Shown: in pieces, positions 56,147-64,000 of the stretch | How the letters are laid out: each line of letters starts with the position of its first letter | Numbering within the stretch: position 1 is the first letter of the stretch | Source of the DNA: Felis catus | Lineage: Eukaryota | NCBI RefSeq assembly: GCF_018350175.1 | Contig: NC_058370.1 | Coordinates: 30,380,001-30,444,000 of the forward strand | Direction: 5' to 3' | DNA: 64,000 nt | Program-made: the position numbers and the translations under genes | Notes under the pieces: model-generated | Seen by the model: the letters and a program-made list of their open reading frames with translations, nothing else | Told to the model about the DNA's origin: nothing | Databases searched by the model: none

Positions 56147-57439
56147 TCAAACCACATTTTCAATGTTCTGCATTGAACTCACAAACTCTTATAGGAAATG
56201 ATTAAATTCTCAAGCAAGGCCTCCTTCCCCACTAATCTCTGTAAGCTGAAGGGGATCATAGAAAGATGTATTCTTCCAGACATGAATTATATATTCCCCT
56301 TAAGAAGCAGATACAGCGGTTTTAATTTATCAGTTTTCTCCGCCTCCCTCCACCCATCACATATGCTTATTTGTGTGTTATTTAGTTTAATGTTTTTTTC
56401 CCCATTAGGTTACACCTCCAGGAGGATTTACATTGTGTCTCTTGTTTTCTAGTTAAACATAGAACCTGGCACATAGCAGGCACCCAAAATATGTTAAATG
56501 AATGCACGAATGAATAGGTGGTTTATAAGAGACCCTTGGGGCCAGGGAGTCTGCAACATCACCATGTAACAACTTTTTATTTCTCCTGGGAAAGCAGAAA
56601 CAGCAGACTGCCTCTGCTATCTCTCAAGGATGGTAGGCCCAAGATCACATGTCCCTACCCCAGATGATAAACTACTTGTTACAGCAAAGAAACCGATGGT
56701 GTAAAATTCGCAAGTTTCCTGCTACAGGCCCCCTGTGTTCAGAACTTCTGCTGGCTTGCCTTCTACACTGCTGTTAATGAAAAGGAATGATCTTTCTCTT
56801 TGGTTAGTATTATTATTGGGTGTTAGCATAGGCCTGTGATTTCTGCCCCTAGGAATAGTGAGTAAAAAAGTGGTTAGAACTCCTCCTCTCTCTGAAATAA
56901 TCGCCTGAGTTTATGAAGCCTAGCAGTAGTCAGAGCAACACCTTCTATGTCCACCCTGATTATGCAGGCCATGGCAACTTGAGGGTCCAGAAGTCTTTGG
57001 CCCAGCAAAGACTCTGCCTGAAGCTGGAGCTGGCAGCACAGTGTTTACTCTCTGGGCATTGCTTGGTGTGGACACTTGATCAAGAGTAAAAGACATTAAA
57101 ACCCTTTGACAGGTTTCTGGCTCATGTGTTCCTGTAGTACTCATGTAATGAAAATGAAGTCAGTTCTGGCCAAGAGAGGAGCCTCTCCTGACTCGCAGAG
57201 GTTCTAAGGTGACAAAACTGATGAGCAAAATCCGTAAGTTTCCTATGTCTTTGGACGAGGAGTTAGTAAACACAGTGGAAGACATGACCCATTCAGGATA
57301 AAGACCAACATAAAATGCCTAGGGTTAGATGTAATTAGGGTTAGAGTGGATCCACACAAAGGTGCCTACGAGACACCACAACTAGTGAGTGAAAGGTTGG
57401 TGAGGGCAAGATTTTTATGTAGCCTCGAAGAGCCTTTCT

Positions 57440-57930
57440 ATGGATTACTTACTAATTAAAAATAGGGAAATAGTAAATTACAGTGGAGAGACCTGGAGGT
57501 GCCCCCTTTATCAAGTGATCAAAGTGAACATCCCCCATGATGGGATCATGCTGTGCCTCCCTGATTGCGGGAAGGACACAACACATGAGTGTCAAGAATG
57601 CTTAACCTGAATCTGATCAGGAGGAAACTTTAGCCAAACCCAAAGGGAAGGAAATTGTGGCCTGTGCTCTTGAAAACCATCAAGGCAGTGAAAGGCTGAG
57701 GAGCTGCTTTAGATGAAAGGAGACCACAGAAACATGACACCCCAAGGCAGTGGTGGCCACAGGCTAGACCCTGAGTCAGGAGAAACATTGTTACTGTCAG
57801 GGCACCATTGGGACAATTATGGGACCTGGAAACCACAGACCTGCAAAGGATCCATAGATATAATTCAGGGGATGATGCAGACTTGGGTGGGGGAAAAATT
57901 ACATCTTTTTCACTAATCACTAACTGAAAT
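57440..57930 (+). mobile_element. Old L1MC/ME 3' UTR fragment
   Basis: tacagtggagagacctgg...tcaagtgatcaaagtgaacatc...cttaacctgaatctgatcaggaggaaa. Confidence 0.6.
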
Positions 57931-59159
57931 TAATATCCCCCCCCCTTTTTTTGAAGATGTTTGCAGTTGTATCAGGTACAAATGGCATACAATGAGCTGC
58001 CACAAGGATAAATAAATACAATTTTTTTGTTTAATAACAGGGAGGTAGCTGCTTCTCTCCTCACCTTAGGATGTCACCTTAAAAAATATCAGAGGCCTGA
58101 CCATTGGTCAGGAATTCGATAACCTGAGCTGGATTTTACAATGCAGGCCTTCTGGTCTTACAACTCTGTTCGTGGAGCTCTAAGAGCAATTCACGAGTCT
58201 CTTAAAAGGGGGACAGGAAACTTCCAGTTTATTCATTTGTCTCCTAAGGGGAGGAGAGAACATTTAAGTGTATAAAATTTAAGTATAAAATGTGTGAACT
58301 GCTCCCTAGGCTTTGTAGTGTCTCGTGATATACCTGCATGTGTGTGAGCTCCCTGCCTTTTCAGTAATGGTATTTTCTCTCCTCTGTGTGGGTGTCCAGG
58401 GGTCTTGCTGTTGACAGGATTCTTTATTTCCCAACCACTACACGTATTTTAAAGTGTACAATTTGATGAGATTTGACATAGGTATGTACCTATGAAACCA
58501 TTATCACAGTCAAGATAATGAACATATCCATCATCCCCCAATTACAAAGTTGCCTTTTGTAGTTTCCTTCCTTTTTAAATGTTGGCCACCGGCGACAATG
58601 ACATTAGCAGAATCTAAGACTTGGTCACTAAAAGAAATTATGGGTGTTTTCATATCACAATAAAGATACCTCAGATTATCATTTATGCATAATGCTACTT
58701 AAACATTTGTTTAATAGTTTAATGATTGTATTTCAATATAATTGGGATTTTTTTGGGGGGGGGTAATCCTGTGTATCTTTAATTCCTTTAAAAACACTAT
58801 TCTGAACTCTGAACTTTACCAGACAATCCAAGGGGTCATTGGCCTGAACTAGGTTAAGCACCCATGCTCTAAAGAAACAGAATAGCCCCATACATGAACC
58901 TCTTGTGTTCTGGCCTATAGGGCCTCCTCTACAGGCCAGTCTGCATCTGGCTGCCCCAAAAGGAAGCCAACCAGTGGATGTGCAGTGAACTTCCCCAGTG
59001 CTTTTTATTGCCTCATTCATTCTTAATGCAAACAAAGTTCACCAGACAGGGGAGAGACTGCAACACAAAAGAGAAACTAAGCTAATAGCACAAAAAAAAA
59101 AAAAAAAAAAAAAAAATGATTTCAGAGGAAAACCATACAGGGAATATCAGAAAAAAAAT

Positions 59160-59374
59160 TTTTTTTAAATAAAGTTTATTCATTTATCATTAGAGAGAGA
59201 GAGCAGCATGCACAACCAGGGGAGGAGCAGAGAGGGAGAGAGACACAGAATCTGAAGCAGGCTCCACGCTATGAGCTGTCAGCACACAGCCTGACAGAGC
59301 TGGAACTCAGGAACCTCGAGATCGTGACCTGAGCTGAAGCTGGATGCTTAACCAACTGAGCCACTCTGGCACCC
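59160..59374 (-). mobile_element. Can-SINE
   Basis: Reverse SINE consensus. Confidence 0.88.
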
Positions 59375-59684
59375 TGAAAAAAAAAAAGTGTTTTTCAAGA
59401 CTCTCTAATTGCTACCCTCAGTAATTAGATTCAGGAACATATTACATCCAGAAGGCAAAGATGGAACATCAGACAATAAGAATGAATTCTCAGGAAATAA
59501 AGGCATTATTGGTTACATTAAAAATTAATTTGAAGACCCGGAAAATAAAGGAACCCAGGAGAAAGCAAAATGAAGGAACAGAAAAGGTGAGATAGAGGGA
59601 ATTTTACTGCTTTGCACAGAAAAGAAAAAGGGTACTTAGCATTTGCTGACTAGTTCCAGGAGTTGGGGGTATGGTGTGTGCTGT

Positions 59685-60140
59685 GGGCTAGTATGGCAGA
59701 TTGCCCTGACTTCTCATTCCACTCTTTATTCACACCCTTGCACTGTGGCTTTACATCACCTTCTGGAAGAGGCGGAATCTGTTTCCACTCACCTTTAACC
59801 TGTACCAGCCTTAGTGACTTGCTTTGTCCAGCAGAATGGCAAAAGTGATATGCCATATTGAAGCCCAGGCCTAAAGAGCATTTTGAACTCTCCTGGAGAC
59901 CTGTCCGGCCATGATGAAAAAACCAAGTCTAGGCGGGCCTGCTGGGGAATGACAGACCACATAGAACAGAGATGATCCATCCCAGCTGAGCCCATCTCAG
60001 GCCAGTCAGTTCCCATCAGAATTGGTAACTGGCATGAGGGAGCCCAAAGAAGATGAGAGCTGCCTAGTTAAGCCCGGTCCCAGATCACCAACCTGCAGAA
60101 CTGTGAGCTAGATAAATGGTGGCTCAGTTACATTTGGGAT
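59685..60140 (+). mobile_element. MaLR LTR (MLT1G/H-like)
   Basis: ccttagtgacttgctttgtccagcagaatggc...cctgcagaactgtgagctagataaatgg. Confidence 0.7.
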
Positions 60141-60146
60141 AGCTTT

Positions 60147-60748
60147 TTTTTTTTTTTTTTAAGATTTTATTTTATTTTATTTTTTTTCAACGTTTATTTA
60201 TTTTTGGGACAGAGAGAGACAGAGCATGAACGGGGCAGGGGCAGAGAGAGAGGGAGACACAGAATTGGAAACAGGCTCCAGGCTCTGAGCCATCAGCCCA
60301 GAGCCTGGCGCGGGGCTCGAACTCACGGACCGCGAGATCGTGACCTGGCTGAAGTCGGACGCTTAACCGACTGCGCCACGCAGGCGCCCCTTAAGATTTT
60401 ATTTTTAATCTTTATTTTTTTTTTAATTTTTTTTTCAACGTTTTTATTTATTTTTGGGACAGAGAGACAGAGCATGAACGGGACAGAGCATGAAGGGGGG
60501 AGGGGCAGAGAGAGAGGGAGACACAGAATTGGAAACAGGCTCCAGGCTCCAAGCCATCAGCCCAGAGCCTGACGCGGGGCTCGAACTCACGGACCGCGAG
60601 ATCGTGACCTGGCTGAAGTCGGACGCTTAACCGACTGCGCCACCCAGGCGCCCCGCTATTTTAATCTCTACACCCAACATGGAGCTGGAACTCACAACCC
60701 TGAGATCAAGAGTCACATGATCCACAGACCGAGCCAACCAGGCACCCC
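60147..60748 (-). mobile_element. Three stacked SINEs: SINEC_Fc 60147-60390, SINEC_Fc 60391-60654, older short SINE 60655-60748
   Basis: Three consecutive ...caggc(g/a)cccc heads; separate TSD-like repeats. Confidence 0.9.
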
Positions 60749-61249
60749 TGGGTTAGCTTTTTCACTCAGTAAAAGCCAGCTGAAACAACGGGCTCCCTCT
60801 GCCTCCTCATATGGGGTGCTTTCCTGTGTTTCACAGAGGCTGAGAGGTGGGGAAAAACACCTTCCAGATTCTTTTGCAGCTAGAGTTCATATAAAATGAG
60901 ATCTGACAATGAGATGCCCCATCAGAGATTTGGGGGATCAAGGCTATCTCTCTAACCACAGCAAGGACACAAATATGTGAAGGCCTAAAGCCAGACTTGG
61001 CATTCCTGCATCCACTTGACATTGAGACAGAGCTGTGTGGAGCTGGGGCCTTCTCACTTCCAACTATGGTTATGGTAATGTGGTCTTGAGCTCGGGTACT
61101 CCTTTGGGAGCCTCCTGCTGCCTGCAGTCCTCCACCCCTGCCCCCCAACCACCAATTTTGAAACAAAGTAATTCTCTGTATTATATTCCTTCCTGGGGGG
61201 GGGGGGGGGGTTGCGGGGAAAGAAACTGGCCTTGTTAAGGGTTGGTAAA

Positions 61250-62460
61250 GAGCACTGGATTATCACACCTGAAACCATCAATAGATGGCTGGTGGGGGTG
61301 TAAAGTGATGAACCACTTTGGAGAATTGCTTGGAAGCTTCTAATTAAGCTAAATATACCCTATTGCCCAGCAATTTTTAAATGAGTGCATAACTTCACAA
61401 AAAGATTCATACATGAATGTTCATAGTAGCTTTATTACTATTAGCCCAGACCCAGAGAAGCCCAAATATTCCATAGAAAATAGAATGAATAGGGGGTGCC
61501 TGGGTGGCTCAGTCGGTTAAGCGTCCGACTTCAGCTCAGGTCACCATCTCGCGGTCCGTGAGTTCGAGCCCCGCGTCGGGCTCTGGGCTGATGGCTCAGA
61601 GCCTAGAGCCTGCTTCCGATTCTGTGTCTCCCTCTCTCTCTGCCCCTCCCCCGTTCATGCTGTGTCTCTCTCTGTCTCAAAAATAAATAAACGTTAAAAA
61701 AAAATTAAAAAAAAAGAAAATAGAATGAATATACACATTGTGGTATATTCATATAATAGAATACTACTCAGCAACAAAAAGAACAAATTCCTGATACATG
61801 CAACAACATAGACTGACATCAAAAACATGTTGGGTGGGAGGTGCCTGGGTGGCTCAGTCAGTTAAGCGTCTGACTTCGGCTCAGGTCATGATCTCACCGT
61901 TCATGGGATTTGAGCCCCTCATCGGGCTCTGTGCTGATGGCTCAGAGCCTGGAGTCTGCTTCAGACTCTGTGTCCCTTGCTCTCTGCCCCTCCCCCACTC
62001 ATGCTCTGTCTCTCTCTCTCTCTCTCTCTCTCAAAAACAAATAAACATTAAAAAAAATTAACAAAACAAACAACAAAAAAACGTGTTGGGTAGGGGAGTG
62101 CCTGGCTGGGTCAGTGGAGCATACAACGCTTGATCTCTGGGTCATAAGTTGGAGCACCTTGTTGGGGGTAAAAATTACTTAAAAAAAAAAAAAAAAAAAA
62201 AAAGATGGGTGAAAGATGCCAGACACCAAACAGCATGTATTATTTGATTTCATTTGTATTAAAATCAGGAACAGGCAAAATAACTATGGTGATGGAATCA
62301 GAATAATGGACTGGGGTTAAGATTGATAAAGGAGTACAAGGGAACTTTCTGGAGAAATGGAAATATTGTAGATTTTGATCCAGATGCTGATTACACAGGT
62401 ATTTACTTAGATAAAAATTAATCAAGTGGCACATTTAAGATTGATACATTTCACAGAAGG
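61250..62460 (+). mobile_element. Old L1ME 3' region interrupted by SINEs at 61493-61715, 61836-62080 and 62094-62205
   Basis: aaccactttggagaattgcttgg...tgttcatagtagctttatt...acacattgtggtatattcatataatagaatactactcagcaac; SINE TSD agaaaatagaatgaata. Confidence 0.8.
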
Positions 62461-62490
62461 TAAATTATGTTTCAAGAAACAAAACCCCTT

Positions 62491-62690
62491 GGGGCACCTG
62501 GGTGGCTCAGTCAGTTAAGCATCTGATTTTGGCTCAGGTCATGATCTCATGGTTCATGAGTTCGAGCCTCGTGTCGGGCTCTGTGCTGCCAGCTCAGAGC
62601 CTGGAGCCTGTTTTGGATTCTGTGTCTCCCTCTCTCTCTGCCCCTTCTCTGCTCTCTCTCTCTCTCAAAAACAAACAAACAAAAAACCCT
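62491..62690 (+). mobile_element. SINEC_Fc-type SINE
   Basis: Consensus head and tail; TSD about aaacaaaa..ccctt. Confidence 0.88.
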
Positions 62691-63789
62691 TCATGCCCAA
62701 AATAACTACAGTGGTTTCTGTTTTCTGCACTGAGTTCCAGATCCTAGGGGAGGGACCCTATGACAACAGACTGCAAAAGGGGCTGAAAGCAAGCAAGGCA
62801 CCAGCTGTGTGGCAGGAAGCTGGAGCCATGGAGGGATGTGGTCAGGGGGAAGGCTCCTGTATTGCGGGAGGCCTGTGAATTTTAGGAACTCTGGCAACTT
62901 GGAAGCTGTGTCCTGCCCATGTATTCATTTGCTTGTTTTCCCACAAATTTCAGTAAATGTCTGTTGCCAAGCAGCTTACGTCAGTGGTTCTCAGAAGGAA
63001 GGGTGAGACAGCAGTCCCTGAGTGGCAGGTGACCAGCAACACAATGCCCTGAGGCTGGTGAGGAGGCCGTGCTGACCATGGGGGCTAAGGCCTGGAGGAG
63101 CCCCCTGCAGGAGGGACTGACTCACAAGCTGACATGGACCAAGCCCTCTTCTGAGACCACTGAGAGGTAAGGTGAGCTCCTACCAGACCCTATTATGTCC
63201 AGAGATCTCATGTGGTTGGTCAAGGCTTCCTCTGGAGGCCAGAGGACTCAGAGGCCCATTATTTTAGAAAAGAAAATACTAGAAGAAAAGACACCGGAGT
63301 GTCACTAGCAATTTTTCTTGAGTAGTAGCCTTATGAGTACAGATTTTGGTTTTCTTCATCAGGCATTTCTGGTTTTCCCCATATCATGTATACAAGCATA
63401 TAATTTTCCTCCAGTGTTACTGAAAATAAATTAATTTTTTGGTAATGAAATTGGCAGTGTGAAAAATAAAATAGTTTAAATAATAACAGTTTAAAAACTT
63501 ATCTGAAACAAGGTTGTAAAGGCAGGGTTTATACTTTATTTTTCAGTCTTGGAGAGTTCCCTGAAGGGACTCAGACATGAGAACATTTCTGTTTTGGGGG
63601 CCCTCGGTCACTATTCTCTGGGTCTGACTGTGCTCTCTGGGGGGAAACGTGAGCTGGTGGTTGCTGAATCATCACATGTGAGTCACAGCCCTCCTTGGAG
63701 CACTGGCCTGGGGACTTGGGCCACCTGTTAGGTTATGAGCTTTAAAGGGGAGGAGAACTCCAAAGGCCCTCACTGGAGGGGGGTGGTAC

Positions 63790-64000
63790 CTGGGATATAG
63801 ATCACTCTCTTGCCCTTCCACGAATAAATAGACAGTGATCAATAAACTACTCATGGAGAAAGAGAGGGAGAGAGAGAGAGAGGAACCTAGAAACAGACTT
63901 TTAACTATAGAGAACAAATTGCTGGTTACCAGAGGGAGGGGGGGACGGGCGATATAGGTAATGGGGATTAAGAGCACACTTATTTTGATGAGTACTGAGT
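63790..64000 (+). mobile_element. Carnivore L1 3' end fragment (runs off window)
   Basis: aaacagacttttaactatagagaacaaattgctggttaccagaggg...ggggattaagagcacacttattttgatgagtactgagt. Confidence 0.8.

Noticed and set aside
57319-57344. Telomere-like TAGGGTTAG twice
   Set aside because: Only partial units, not tandem; compatible with chance
1-64000. CENP-B box (NTTCGNNNNANNCGGGN)
   Set aside because: TTCG/CCCG occurrences checked by eye did not fit; not exhaustive, a regex search would be decisive

Overview
Felid (cat-type) genomic DNA, identified by SINEC_Fc/Can-SINEs and a young felid L1 3' end. It is syntenic with human 20p13: [ADISSP/C20orf27 5' end (-)] - SPEF1 (-) - CENPB (-) - CDC25B (+) - AP5S1 (+), then a repeat-rich interval toward MAVS, which is not in the window. 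Exon structures reconstructed by hand give in-frame products: SPEF1 7 coding exons/236 aa, CDC25B 16 exons/574 aa, AP5S1 2 coding exons/200 aa. CENPB is an intronless domesticated pogo-family transposase of about 606 aa; its ATG and acidic tracts fall in N-runs that preserve frame. No CRISPR, rRNA or true tRNA genes were seen. Most notable observations: (1) an exon at 22121-22194, head-to-head with CENPB, whose ATG splices in frame to CDC25B exon 2 (MRSETP..., N-terminally truncated isoform); (2) an unannotated candidate terminal exon with a 112-114-codon ORF on the - strand between CDC25B and AP5S1; (3) degenerate repeats of the SPEF1 exon1/intron1 junction inside intron 1; (4) a perfect 20-bp hairpin formed inside a SINE; (5) a shortened CDC25B exon 2 lacking the human B1 acceptor; (6) several well-resolved nested transposon insertions. 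Repeat subfamily names and human comparisons are from recalled consensus/protein sequences, not database searches.
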